A stretch of DNA of 64,000 nucleotides. Origin: an uncultured Bifidobacteriaceae bacterium (lineage in GTDB: Bacteria > Acidobacteriota > Vicinamibacteria > Vicinamibacterales > UBA2999). The notes under the pieces are model-generated. The model made no database searches. It had not been told where the DNA came from and worked only from the letters and a program-made list of their open reading frames with translations. The DNA lies in NCBI GenBank assembly GCA_964372085.1, contig CAYJPQ010000009.1:12415-76414 (forward strand). Direction: 5' to 3'. Both the position numbers and the translations under genes were made by a program. How positions within the stretch are numbered: the stretch's first letter is position 1; the number at the start of each line of letters is the position of its first letter. Shown here piece by piece: positions 6,948-17,082 of this stretch.

Positions 6948-9947
6948 ATGAGTTTAAGACCTTTCGCAGTGTTGTCGTTGATTTTCGCCCTGGCGGCGCC
7001 GTCGCTCGCGAGTCCGGCGTTCGCGCAAGTGAGCAACACCGGCACCATCCAGGTCGTGGTGACCGATGCCGATGGCGGGCGTCTCCCCGGGGTCACCGTC
7101 ACGGCGGCTGCGCCTGACACGATCACCAGGCGCACGGTGGTGACCGACGAACAGGGGGTCGCCTCGCTCGAGGCGCTGGCGCCCTCGACCCAGTACACGG
7201 TCACCGTCCAGCTCCAGGGCTTCCGGGATCAGGAGCGTCCGGCGATTCTCGTGCGCTCGGGCCAGACCGCGTCCCTCAACATCTCGCTGCAGCTGGCGGG
7301 GGTGACCGAAGCGGTCACCGTCACGGCGACCACGCCGCTTGTCGACACCCGCAGCGCCACCACCGGCCAGGACATCACCCTGCAGCTGACCGAGTCGCTG
7401 CCGACGGGCCGCAGCTATCAGAGCTACCTGCAGCTGGTGCCCGGCGTGCTGCCCGACGACCAGGCGCAGAGCGGCAACCCCGCGGCGCGGTCGGGACTCA
7501 ACTACAGCGACATCGGGGGCAACGTCGGGGTGTCCGCCGATAACGTCTACTACTTCGACGGCATCAACGTGACCGACCCGGTGTCGGGCACCTTCGGCGC
7601 CAACCTGAACACCGAGATCATCCAGGAGCAGAACGTCATCACCGGTGCGATTCCGGCCGAGTTTGTGGGCGCGCCCGGGCTGATTTCGAACGTGGTCACC
7701 AAGTCGGGCAGCAACACCCTTCACGGCTCGGCGAACTACTTCTTCCAGAACACCGATCTCGTGGCCGAGAACCAGAACGGCAACGCCGAGGAGTTCTCGA
7801 CCAAGGACACGGCGTTCACCTTCGGCGGGCCGGCCCTGCGCGACAAGGCCTGGTTCTTCGGCAGCTACCGCTACACCAACCGTGAGGACGACGTCTCGTC
7901 GCTCGACACGAACCAGTTCCTGCGGACGGTGGAGAACACCCAGCACCAGGGCTTCGCCAAGGGCAGCTGGGCTCTGACGACGGCCGACATGGTCAGCTTC
8001 AGCTTCATGAGCGACCCCACCGAGATCACGGGCCAGCGCGCGCGCACCGTCACCAACGCGCGCGACCGGGCGCGGGATCAGGGCGGCAACCGCTACGGCG
8101 GCACCTACACCCGGGTGTGGGGCGGCACGCTGCTGGAGGTGAGCGCCAACAAGCACAACGGCGAAGTGAGCGACCTGTCGGCCATCCGCGAGTCGCAGAA
8201 CAACATCGTGTTCCAGCGCGCGGACGCCCGCGTCCTCGCCGACGAGCAGCTCGGCGGCTTCGGCCGCGACCTCATCAACGAGCGCGACAACAAGGCCATC
8301 CGGGGCTCGCTCCAGCGCGCGTGGCGCAACCACATCGTGAAGGGCGGGGCCGAGTGGTCGCGGTCGGACAACTTCCGCGACACGCTGTTCCTCGACTCCC
8401 AGGGCTTCACCTCGCTGGCCGCCAAGTATCAGGGCGCCGGCATCACGGCGGCGGATGTCGCCGGCGGCAGCTGGACCAACCTGCAGTTCGACGTGACCAA
8501 CACGAGCGACTTCAACGGGCTGATTCGCACGATTGACGGCAGCGCCGACCGCGCCGCCTTCTACGCCGCGTACGACGCCGATGGCAATGGCACCGTCACC
8601 TCCGCCGAGCTGGGCGCCCGGCTCGCGTTCAACACCGCCAACCCGGCCGGCGGCGTCTTCTACGATCGCGACTTCCAGTCGGCCACCGGCCCCCAGGAAA
8701 CGTTCTCGAAGGGCTTGAGCTTCTTCATCCAGGACGAGATCACGCTCAACCGGCTCACGCTCAACCTCGGCCTCCGGACCGAGCGCTGGGAGCACTTCGC
8801 CACGACGGGCGAAAACATCTACACGTTCCCGTGGGAGTTCGCGCCCCGGCTGAGCGCCGCGTATGACGTCCGCGGCGATGGCCGCCACAAGGTGTCGGCC
8901 TTCTGGGGCCGGTACTACGACCCGGTCCGCAACAACATGACCAACTTCGCCGGCACCCTCACGGGATCGATCACCGAGGAACAGGTCTTCGTCAGCGCCC
9001 TGAACAAGTTCGTCAGCTACCGCACGCGCGGCGGCCCCTCGGTGCAGGATGCGTTCTTCTCGCCGACGACGCAGACCCCGTACACCGACGACCTGCAGGT
9101 GGGGTATGCGGTCGACCTCGGCCACAACATGAGCTTCGACGCCCTCTACTTCAATCGCCGGACCCGCGACATCCTCGAGGACTACGACCTCGAGCTCTAC
9201 GCGGACCCGCACGGCTACCCGGGCCCCGTGGATCACCCCGACTCGTTGTTCCTCGGCCTCGACTACTTCGGCTACACCCAGAACCCGGGCTCCAACTTCG
9301 TCATCGGCACGCTGGCCGGCGGCAAGCGCGACTTCCAGGGCCTGGAGTTCGTGCTCCGCAAGCGGTTCGCCGACAACTGGCAGCTGCTGACCTCCTACAA
9401 CTGGAACGACGCCGAGGGCAACACCAACTCCGACTCGAACGCCGACTTCCAGGGGGACGTGGATTTCCTCGACCCGCGGGCGCCGAACCAGTTCGGCACG
9501 CAGCCGGGCCTCATCCGGCACCTGGTGAAGGGCGCCGGATCGTACAGCTTCCCCTTCGGGCTGCAGCTCGGCGGCACGTTCACGTGGAACTCGGGGACCG
9601 TGGCCAGCCGGACGTTCCTGGCCTCGAGCCGCAACCTGCCGATTCGCGTGGCCGCGGCGGACAGGTTCGAGTTTGCCGGCTACACCACGCGGTGGCTCGC
9701 GCCCGACGCGGTGGGCTCGCTCGAGAATCCCTCGTGGGGCCAGATCGACCTGCGGGCGCAGTACAACCGGCGCATCGTGGGCCGCACGAGCGCGGAGTTC
9801 TTCATCGACATCTTCAACGTGCTCGACAACCAGGGCGCGACTCGCAACCAGGACCTCGTCGCCGGATCGGGCGGCAAGGCCTTCGGCGATCCGATCCAGT
9901 GGGTGAACCCCCGCCGCGCCTTCCTCGGCGCGCGCGTGAAGTTCTGA
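6948..9947 (+). CDS. TonB-dependent-receptor-like outer-membrane protein with N-terminal carboxypeptidase-regulatory-like domain (paralogue of 3288..6134)
   Basis: AGGAGG at 6935-6940 precedes ATG 6948. Signal peptide MSLRPFAVLSLIFALAAPSLASPAFAQ. GTIQVVVTDADGGRLPGVTVTA motif. Ends FLGARVKF. Confidence 0.8.
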   Translation: MSLRPFAVLSLIFALAAPSLASPAFAQVSNTGTIQVVVTDADGGRLPGVTVTAAAPDTITRRTVVTDEQGVASLEALAPSTQYTVTVQLQGFRDQERPAILVRSGQTASLNISLQLAGVTEAVTVTATTPLVDTRSATTGQDITLQLTESLPTGRSYQSYLQLVPGVLPDDQAQSGNPAARSGLNYSDIGGNVGVSADNVYYFDGINVTDPVSGTFGANLNTEIIQEQNVITGAIPAEFVGAPGLISNVVTKSGSNTLHGSANYFFQNTDLVAENQNGNAEEFSTKDTAFTFGGPALRDKAWFFGSYRYTNREDDVSSLDTNQFLRTVENTQHQGFAKGSWALTTADMVSFSFMSDPTEITGQRARTVTNARDRARDQGGNRYGGTYTRVWGGTLLEVSANKHNGEVSDLSAIRESQNNIVFQRADARVLADEQLGGFGRDLINERDNKAIRGSLQRAWRNHIVKGGAEWSRSDNFRDTLFLDSQGFTSLAAKYQGAGITAADVAGGSWTNLQFDVTNTSDFNGLIRTIDGSADRAAFYAAYDADGNGTVTSAELGARLAFNTANPAGGVFYDRDFQSATGPQETFSKGLSFFIQDEITLNRLTLNLGLRTERWEHFATTGENIYTFPWEFAPRLSAAYDVRGDGRHKVSAFWGRYYDPVRNNMTNFAGTLTGSITEEQVFVSALNKFVSYRTRGGPSVQDAFFSPTTQTPYTDDLQVGYAVDLGHNMSFDALYFNRRTRDILEDYDLELYADPHGYPGPVDHPDSLFLGLDYFGYTQNPGSNFVIGTLAGGKRDFQGLEFVLRKRFADNWQLLTSYNWNDAEGNTNSDSNADFQGDVDFLDPRAPNQFGTQPGLIRHLVKGAGSYSFPFGLQLGGTFTWNSGTVASRTFLASSRNLPIRVAAADRFEFAGYTTRWLAPDAVGSLENPSWGQIDLRAQYNRRIVGRTSAEFFIDIFNVLDNQGATRNQDLVAGSGGKAFGDPIQWVNPRRAFLGARVKF

Positions 9948-9959
9948 TACTTTGACATC

Positions 9960-9984
9960 GGGCCGGCGTCTCCGACGCCGGCCC
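9960..9984 (+). terminator. Strong hairpin after the receptor gene (possible terminator)
   Basis: Perfect 11-bp stem GGGCCGGCGTC / GACGCCGGCCC with a 3-nt loop. The U-rich tract is not adjacent; the T7 run begins about 23 nt downstream. Confidence 0.5.
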
Positions 9985-10023
9985 GTTCTCACTTCGTACT
10001 TCTGACTTTTTTTGCCACCCGCA

Positions 10024-10042
10024 AGTGACACACCGTGTCACT
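10024..10042. promoter_or_regulatory. Perfect inverted repeat AGTGACAC-ACC-GTGTCACT upstream of the pseudo-receiver/PilZ genes
   Basis: Read directly. 8-bp arms with a 3-bp spacer, about 90 nt upstream of ATG 10132. Candidate operator. Confidence 0.3.
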
Positions 10043-10131
10043 TTCACCACGCCCGGCCGTCCATTTGTGTCGTTACGCTCCAAGAACTGGCTGGCGCGGT
10101 TCTTGTAAGGTGTGCTGTCACGGAGGCCCCG

Positions 10132-10509
10132 ATGACAGCCACAGTCCCCCACATCGCTAGCACTGCCCTGCCGCTCGCGCTGGTCGTGGGGGCGGGCGTC
10201 GAGGTGCTCCCGGCCATCGGCCCCATGCTGGGCGACCGGCGCTTCCACGTGGACTTCCTCGAACAGACCGACACGCCGTACCTGGCCATCCGCCGGCGGC
10301 GTCCCGACCTCGTGGTGCTCTGCTTTGCGGCCGATGATGACGAAGCGTGCGAGGTGCTGGCGCTGTTGCAGCTCGACCCGGTCACGCGCCAGGTGCCGGT
10401 CGTTACCTACGTGGCCGGAGAGGCCTACGCTATAATTCCCACGCAATGGCCGACGACAAGCGGGATTCCGAGCGTGTCGAAATCCTCGGCACCTTGCAGG
10501 GCGAGGTAA
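10132..10509 (+). CDS. Possible truncated pseudo-receiver (REC-like) protein
   Basis: LALVVGAG...RRRRPDLVVLCFAADDDEACEVLALLQLDPVTRQVPVVTYV resembles REC beta1-alpha4, but the phospho-acceptor position reads C (DLVVLC). The 3' 64 nt overlap the PilZ gene in another frame, and the tail looks non-protein-like. Confidence 0.35.
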   Translation: MTATVPHIASTALPLALVVGAGVEVLPAIGPMLGDRRFHVDFLEQTDTPYLAIRRRRPDLVVLCFAADDDEACEVLALLQLDPVTRQVPVVTYVAGEAYAIIPTQWPTTSGIPSVSKSSAPCRAR

Positions 10510-10787
10510 TGGTCTACCAGCCCACCGCCGTGCGGCAGATGAGCCACGGCGGCATGCAGGTGGAGACCGCCTTTCCCCTGCAGCTCGACTCGCTGCACGA
10601 CTTCCGGCTCACCCTCGGCGCGCGCTCGGTGGTCGTCAAGGGCCGCGTCGCGCATTCCCGCATCAGCGACGTCGACCAGGACATCGTCACCTACCGGACG
10701 GGCGTCGAGTTCATCGAGCCGTCCGACCACGTCAAGGCCGCCATCGCCTCGTTCGTCGACCAGATGGGCGAGACACGGGACGGGTAG
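10446..10787 (+). CDS. PilZ-domain protein (putative c-di-GMP receptor)
   Basis: RxxxR motif (RDSER) near the N-terminus and a (D/N)xSxxG-like QMSHGG, in a small all-beta-looking 113-aa protein. TATAAT at 10431-10436 lies only 9 nt before the ATG. Confidence 0.7.
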   Translation: MADDKRDSERVEILGTLQGEVMVYQPTAVRQMSHGGMQVETAFPLQLDSLHDFRLTLGARSVVVKGRVAHSRISDVDQDIVTYRTGVEFIEPSDHVKAAIASFVDQMGETRDG

Positions 10788-10823
10788 GCACCTGATGCAC
10801 CCGCTGCACCTGCTGCACCCGCC
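10788..10823. repeat. 9-bp tandem repeat x4 (GCACCTGAT GCACCCGCT GCACCTGCT GCACCCGCC)
   Basis: Read directly. It fills the 39-bp gap between the convergent PilZ and GGCT genes. Confidence 0.8.
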
Positions 10824-10826
10824 TTG

Positions 10827-11231
10827 TTATCGCGCGCTGAGGTGTTCCAGGTAATCGCCCGAGGGGATGCGCTGGGCGCGCCCGAGCGGCGCGTTGTAGA
10901 AATACACCCAGGCCGGCTGCACCCGCCCGTCTTCAAGCGTCACGTCCGCCATCACTCGCGTATAGAGGCTGCGCTCCGGCTCGCTGGGCCGGTAGCCCTC
11001 AATCTCGTCGAGTGCGGCCAGCACCGACGGGGCGTCGGTGGTTTCGTAGGCCTCGCCCCACACCAGCCCGGGGTCGTCCGAGGGCACGGCCGCCGGGTAG
11101 ATGCCCAAGTCGAAGAGCGCGGCCCTGATGGAGCCGCGCCCTGTGAAGTGAAGTTTCGGGTTGACGCGCTGACGCCCCGGCCGGTTGAACGGCGACATCA
11201 GCGTGCCGTAGAAGAAGACGTAGTCAGACAC
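10827..11231 (-). CDS. Gamma-glutamylcyclotransferase (AIG2/GGACT-like) family protein
   Basis: N-terminal YVFFYGTLM motif and a size of 134 aa, typical of the family. Confidence 0.75.
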   Translation of the reverse strand: MSDYVFFYGTLMSPFNRPGRQRVNPKLHFTGRGSIRAALFDLGIYPAAVPSDDPGLVWGEAYETTDAPSVLAALDEIEGYRPSEPERSLYTRVMADVTLEDGRVQPAWVYFYNAPLGRAQRIPSGDYLEHLSAR

Positions 11232-11260
11232 GGGCTGCCAGATTTCTCTGGCAGTGTAGC

Positions 11261-12238
11261 CTACTTCCGGCTGGCTTTGGCTGCGGCCTCGAGCAGGTCC
11301 AGCACCTCGGTGGGCACCGCGAAGCCCAGCGTCACCGCCTTGCCCTCGCCCGACAACTGCAGCGAGTTGACCATGCCCTGCATGCCGGGCTTGTCGCCCG
11401 CCTGCAGCTTGGCCAGCGCCAGGAAGCCCTGGAGCACGTCGCGCAGGTTCTTGGCCGATTCCTCGTCCTTGGCCTCGGCCTTGAACACGCCGCTCAGCCC
11501 GCCGTTGATGTGGCCGGCCGCCGAGAACCAGGTAATCGGGGGCATGCGCGATTGCAGTTCCTCGGGCAGCTTCGCCTCGTTCGCCAGGGCGTCGAAGCGG
11601 CCAACGGCCCAGGCATTGCTGCTGTCGAGCTCGCCAACCAGGCGCATCATCTCGATGTTGGACATCACGTTGTTGCCGGCCCCGGCATCGATGGCGCGCC
11701 GCACCGCGGCGTCGCTCCCCATGGCCACGAGGTCGGCTTCGATGAAGCCCATGGCCAGCTTGCCGTTGGACCCGTCCTGGTGCGTGATGACCGACTTGCC
11801 CTGGTAGCTTTCGACGGTGGCGCCGTGCTCGACGGCCAGGGCCTGCAGGCGGTCGGCATTGAAGCGGCCGCGGGCCAGCACGAGGGCCGACTGCTCGGGG
11901 TGCTCGGCCATGTTGGCGCCGGGCATCATCGCGGCCACCACCGACTGGATGTCCTGCTCGATGTTGATGCCGGTCTTCTCCTCGAAATCGTGACGCTCGT
12001 TCGAGGTGGGCTCCATGGAGCGGAACCGCTGCCGGAAGTCGGAGTTCATGACGTCGCTCACGTTGGCATAGGCCATCACGGCGGCGTCGGCCGGCACGTA
12101 CTTGAGCTCGTCTGGACCCGCGGCTCGGGAGAACACCGAAACCGGCATGCCCAAGTAGGAGGCCACCAGGCCGGTGCCCAGGCCCACCGCCAGGATGGCG
12201 CCTGAAACGAGGACGAAATAACGGGTCTTGTTCGACAT
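11261..12238 (-). CDS. Membrane-anchored hypothetical protein, last gene of the ABC cluster
   Basis: N-terminal TM helix YFVLVSGAILAVGLGTGLVASYLG followed by a soluble domain with no motif I recognise. GGGGGAG lies upstream of the ATG. Confidence 0.55.
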   Translation of the reverse strand: MSNKTRYFVLVSGAILAVGLGTGLVASYLGMPVSVFSRAAGPDELKYVPADAAVMAYANVSDVMNSDFRQRFRSMEPTSNERHDFEEKTGINIEQDIQSVVAAMMPGANMAEHPEQSALVLARGRFNADRLQALAVEHGATVESYQGKSVITHQDGSNGKLAMGFIEADLVAMGSDAAVRRAIDAGAGNNVMSNIEMMRLVGELDSSNAWAVGRFDALANEAKLPEELQSRMPPITWFSAAGHINGGLSGVFKAEAKDEESAKNLRDVLQGFLALAKLQAGDKPGMQGMVNSLQLSGEGKAVTLGFAVPTEVLDLLEAAAKASRK

Positions 12239-12315
12239 GCGGCTCCCCCTGGTTGAGAAGACGGAGGTTCCGGGCCCTAAGTTCCCGGTTTCCTGCTGTT
12301 TCTGGCCGTCCGTCC

Positions 12316-13127
12316 CTACTGTTCCAGCACGTATTCCTTGCGTTCCACCACCCGGGTGGCCAAATACAGGAACCCCGCCACGAACGCCCCCAGCCAGGCC
12401 AGGCTCACGGCCACCGAGGGGGTCTCCCGGAACATCCCCTGCAAGATGCTGGTGACCCCGTCCGACGGCATGGCGTGGGGCACCAGGGCCTGCAGGTAGA
12501 AGGCCACGGTGAACTGCTTCAGGTAGCCGGGCAGCACCAGCGTGGCCTGCTCCCAGCCAAAAGCGAAAATCAGGCCAATCACCAGGGGCCGCTTGAAATA
12601 GGCCCCCACCAGGGAAAACACCGCCCCGTAGGCCGCGAGGCCCAGCCCCAGCAGGCCCAGATCAGTGACGAGCGAGGGGAAGGTGCCCGGCACTTCCCGG
12701 AACGGCACCAGCAGGAAGTAAACCAGCATCACCGAAGGCAGTACCACGAGGCTGGTGCACGCCAGGTACGCCAGGTACTTCCCCACCAGCACCGCGCCGC
12801 GGGGAATGGGACGGGTGAACAGGTAGGTCAGCGTCTTGTCGTCCACCTCGTCGGCCATGAGCGAAGTGCCGTAGAACACCCCCAGCACCGGGACGATGAA
12901 GCGGAGGAAGAGCATCCAGATCATGACGCCGAAGATGCCGAAGCCCCCCACGCGCTGGCCGTTCACGCGCAGCGGAGACATCCCGAACATCTCCACCACC
13001 TTCACGATGATGGCCAGCAGCACCGGGCCGCCCACGACCAGCGCCATGAAGATGGTGCGCCGCGACCACAGCATCTCGCCGAGCGACAGGTCGAACACGC
13101 GGCGCGAGGCGCCCCAGAAGCGCATCT

Positions 13128-13131
<4 letters not shown>
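12316..13131 (-). CDS. ABC-2 type transporter permease
   Basis: Polytopic hydrophobic protein. Overlaps the upstream ATPase gene by 4 nt. Confidence 0.75.
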
Positions 13132-14116
<985 letters not shown>

Positions 14117-14120
<4 letters not shown>

Positions 14121-14956
14121 GTGACAATCTCCACGCCACGAACCCGGCGGTCGAGGACAAACAGCGCGCCCACGATGAGCACCAGGATGGCGCCGACGGC
14201 CACCGCCGGCGGGAGGTCGTAGCGGGGCTCGATGCGGAAGATGACGTCACCCAGCTGCTCGAGCAGGTCGGTGGGCGACAGCCACGCAAACGCGCTCTTG
14301 CCGGTGATGCCGCGAATGGCCTGGAACAGGGCCGCGGTGAAGAAGATGAGGCCGGCATACATCACGGCCACGAAGCGGCTGCTCTTCGACAGCGACGACA
14401 GCGCCAGCATCGTCGTGGAGGCCAGCAGCACCTGCGCGAGCGAGAACAGCGTGATGGCCGGCAGCAGGTAGAGGTTGTTGCGGACGAAGGTGAAGCTGCC
14501 CGCGAAGATGGTCTGCACGAGCAGCAGGCACATGGCCGGGGCCCACGTCACCAGGGCGAGGAACACGAAGAGGATGGCCAGCTTGCCGAGGATGTACTCG
14601 GCGCGGGTCATCGGCTTCGACAGGTACAGCTGCAGCGCGTTGGCGCGGCGGTCGTTGGCGATGAGGCCGGCCCCCACCCAGATGGTGACGAAGAAGACGA
14701 AGGTGCCCTGCTGGTCGAGGAACTCGCGGAAGGTCTCGCCCTTGGCGGCGAGGAACGAGGCCTGCTGGAAGTTGGCCGCCACGTAGAGCTGCACGGCCCG
14801 CACCACGAAGGGCGCCCAGGCAAACAGCATCAGCGCGATGAACTGGCGCTTGGCAATGGTCTGCATCACGCCGGCGCGGGCAATCACCTGCCAGCCCCGC
14901 CCGATGGCGGCGCGCGTGCCGCCGTAGCGCCGGTATCCCTGGTCGTGGATGGGCAT
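14117..14956 (-). CDS. ABC-2 type transporter permease
   Basis: Polytopic membrane protein. 4-nt overlap with the downstream ATPase gene. Confidence 0.75.
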
Positions 14957-14959
14957 CGG

Positions 14960-15985
14960 CTACTCGTCTCCCACCGCTCGCGCGAATACGTCCTCGAGTG
15001 TCGGGACGCTGGGCCGGAGGTGCCGCACCTGCACGCCCTCGCGGGCGGCCAGCGCAAACAGCGCCTGGGTCCCCTCGGCGTCGGCCGCGGCGCCCGGCAC
15101 GAACACGCGCATCACGTCCTCGTCGGTGTCGTGGCACTCGTGGCCCTGCGCGCGCAGCACCTCGATGAAGGCGGGCGTGTCGCCCTTGATGCGCATCTCG
15201 TACACCCGCCCCCGCGGCCCCTTGAGCGCCTCGATGGGGCCCGCGGCCGCGATGGCGCCCTTGTCGACCACCACCACGTGGTCGCACGTGTACTCCACGT
15301 CGGGCAGCAGGTGCGACGACAGGATCAGGTTCACGCCCTTGTTGTGCGCCAGGTCGCGGATGAGCTCGAGCATCTCGTCGCGGCCCTTCGGGTCCATGCC
15401 GTTGGTGGGCTCGTCGAGGAACAGCAGGTCGGGATCATGCACGATGGCCTGGGCCAGCTTGATGCGCTGCTTCATGCCGGTGGAGTAGGTCTCGAGGTTG
15501 CGATAGCGGGCCTCGCCGAGGCCCACGTAGTAGAGCACCTCGTGGGCGCGCTGCATGGCGTCGGAGGGCGGCAGGCCCGACAACTGGCCGCAGTACGCCA
15601 CAAACGAGACGGCGTTCATGCCGGGGATGTGCGAGTCGCTCTCGGGCATGTAGCCGATGCGCGCGCGGATGTCGAGCGGCGACTCCGCCACGTCGAGGCC
15701 CAGGACGGTCATCTTCCCCTTGTCGGGCACGATGAACCCGAGCAGCGTCTTGATGAGGGTGCTCTTGCCGGCGCCGTTGGGGCCCAGCAGGCCCACGGCC
15801 CCGGGCAGGAAGGCCGCCGACACGTCGCGCAGCGCCCAATTCTTCCCGTAGCGCACGCTCAACTGGTCACACTGGACAACCGGCTCGCCAGCCGGCGCAG
15901 CCTGGTGTGTCTGCGTCATCTGCGTCACCTGCGGCCCTGGGGAGTCTGCGCCATCTGCTGTTGAGTATACGGGCACCGCCGTCAC
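14960..15985 (-). CDS. ABC transporter ATP-binding protein
   Basis: Walker A GPNGAGKST, YSTGMKQR, Walker B LLFLDEP. GTG 15985 overlaps the HD gene stop (GTGA). ATG 15919 is an alternative start. Confidence 0.85.
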   Translation of the reverse strand: MTAVPVYSTADGADSPGPQVTQMTQTHQAAPAGEPVVQCDQLSVRYGKNWALRDVSAAFLPGAVGLLGPNGAGKSTLIKTLLGFIVPDKGKMTVLGLDVAESPLDIRARIGYMPESDSHIPGMNAVSFVAYCGQLSGLPPSDAMQRAHEVLYYVGLGEARYRNLETYSTGMKQRIKLAQAIVHDPDLLFLDEPTNGMDPKGRDEMLELIRDLAHNKGVNLILSSHLLPDVEYTCDHVVVVDKGAIAAAGPIEALKGPRGRVYEMRIKGDTPAFIEVLRAQGHECHDTDEDVMRVFVPGAAADAEGTQALFALAAREGVQVRHLRPSVPTLEDVFARAVGDE

Positions 15986-16554
15986 AGCGTTCCGCGCAAC
16001 CCGAGGGCGTCGGCCTGCGCCCGCATGAAGCCAATCACGTTGGTCACATGCTCAGCGAGGGGCAGCCCCATCAGCTCGGCGCCGCGTTTCAAGTGGTCGC
16101 GCGGCACCTGGCGGGCAAACGCCTTGTCCTTCATCCGCTTGATCACCGAGGCGGCCTCGAGGTCGAGGAGGCTCTTCGACGGGCGCACCAGCGCGGCGGC
16201 CGTGATGAACCCGGCCAGCTCGTCGCAGGCCACCAGGGTCTTCTCCACAGGCGACTCCGGCTCCACGCCGGTGATCTCCGAGGCGTGCGACAGGATGGCC
16301 CGCATCACCCACTCCGGATAGCCCAGCGACCGCAGGTGCTCGCAGCCCTTGTTGGGGTGGTCCCCCAGGGTGGGATACCGCTCGTAGTCGAAGTCGTGGA
16401 GCAGCGCCACGACGCCCCACTCCTCCTCGTTGGCCCCCTGCTGCCGGGCGTAGCCCCGCACGGCGGCCTCCACGGCCAGGGCATGCTTGCGCAGGCCCTG
16501 GCCCTGGGTCCATTCGCTGAGCAGTTGCCAGGCGGCGTCGCGGGAGAGGGTCAT
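15982..16554 (-). CDS. HD-superfamily metal-dependent phosphohydrolase
   Basis: H...HD pattern (LRKHALAVEAA ... LLHDFDYE). Start at ATG 16554. The track extension to 16617 (PQAPSPKPQALKP) is just translation of the heptamer repeat. Confidence 0.7.
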   Translation of the reverse strand: MTLSRDAAWQLLSEWTQGQGLRKHALAVEAAVRGYARQQGANEEEWGVVALLHDFDYERYPTLGDHPNKGCEHLRSLGYPEWVMRAILSHASEITGVEPESPVEKTLVACDELAGFITAAALVRPSKSLLDLEAASVIKRMKDKAFARQVPRDHLKRGAELMGLPLAEHVTNVIGFMRAQADALGLRGTL

Positions 16555-16572
16555 GGGGGAAATGATACTTGA

Positions 16573-16644
16573 AGGCTTGAGGGCTTGGGGCTTGGGGCTT
16601 GGGGCTTGGGGTACCACAGGACCCAGGGCTCAGGACTCAAGACC
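16573..16644. repeat. Heptamer array (GGCTTGG/GGCTTGA)n - GGTACC - (CAGGAC/CAAGAC)n
   Basis: Plus strand reads GGCTTGAGGGCTTGGGGCTTGGGGCTTGGGGCTTGGGGTACC, then ACAGGACCCAGGGCTCAGGACTCAAGACC. It sits between the Nudix stop and the HD start. Confidence 0.85.
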
Positions 16645-17052
16645 TTTCCTGATCACGCCAGCAGCGTGGGGATTCACGCCGTACGCCTCCAACTCGTCGC
16701 CCGTCACCCACGCGACGGCTTCGGCATCCGAGCCGGCCACGGCGGCGCCCTCGGCGGCCCGGCACACGAAGTCGATGATGACGAAGTGAAAGCGGATGCG
16801 GCCGTCGGCGTCGCGGTGCACGCGATCGAAGGTCTCGATGATGGCCCCCACCTCGATGGAGAGGCCGGTTTCCTCGCGGGCCTCCCGTGCCACCGCCTCC
16901 ACCAGCGACTCGCCCAGTTCCACCAAGCCGCCCGGCAGCGACCACTCGCCCTTGCGTGGCTCGTGGCCCCGCCGAACGATGAGCGCCCGTCCGTCGCGGA
17001 CGATCACCGCGCCGACGCCAACCACGGGGTGTGCGGGGTATTCTCTGGCCAT
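16630..17052 (-). CDS. Nudix hydrolase
   Basis: Nudix box GEWSLPGGLVELGESLVEAVAREAREETGL. Start at ATG 17052. The track extension (MRNPVRNPV) is translation of the 13-mer repeat. Confidence 0.85.
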   Translation of the reverse strand: MAREYPAHPVVGVGAVIVRDGRALIVRRGHEPRKGEWSLPGGLVELGESLVEAVAREAREETGLSIEVGAIIETFDRVHRDADGRIRFHFVIIDFVCRAAEGAAVAGSDAEAVAWVTGDELEAYGVNPHAAGVIRKGLES

Positions 17053-17082
17053 ATGCGAGCGCACACCGAGTATCTGACGTTT

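Noticed and set aside
6954-10031. 1025-aa ORF on the minus strand, antisense to the whole 6948..9947 receptor gene
   Set aside because: The translation is Arg/Gly/Ala/Val/Glu-rich low complexity with no motifs, while the opposite strand encodes a protein with a signal peptide, domain motifs and an RBS. Long stop-free antisense frames are expected at this GC content.
10430-10450. A single REC-PilZ fusion gene hidden by a frameshift
   Set aside because: This is possible but cannot be shown from one sequence. The REC-like part is itself degenerate, and the PilZ ORF has its own ATG preceded by TATAAT. It is reported as an open question rather than as a pseudogene.
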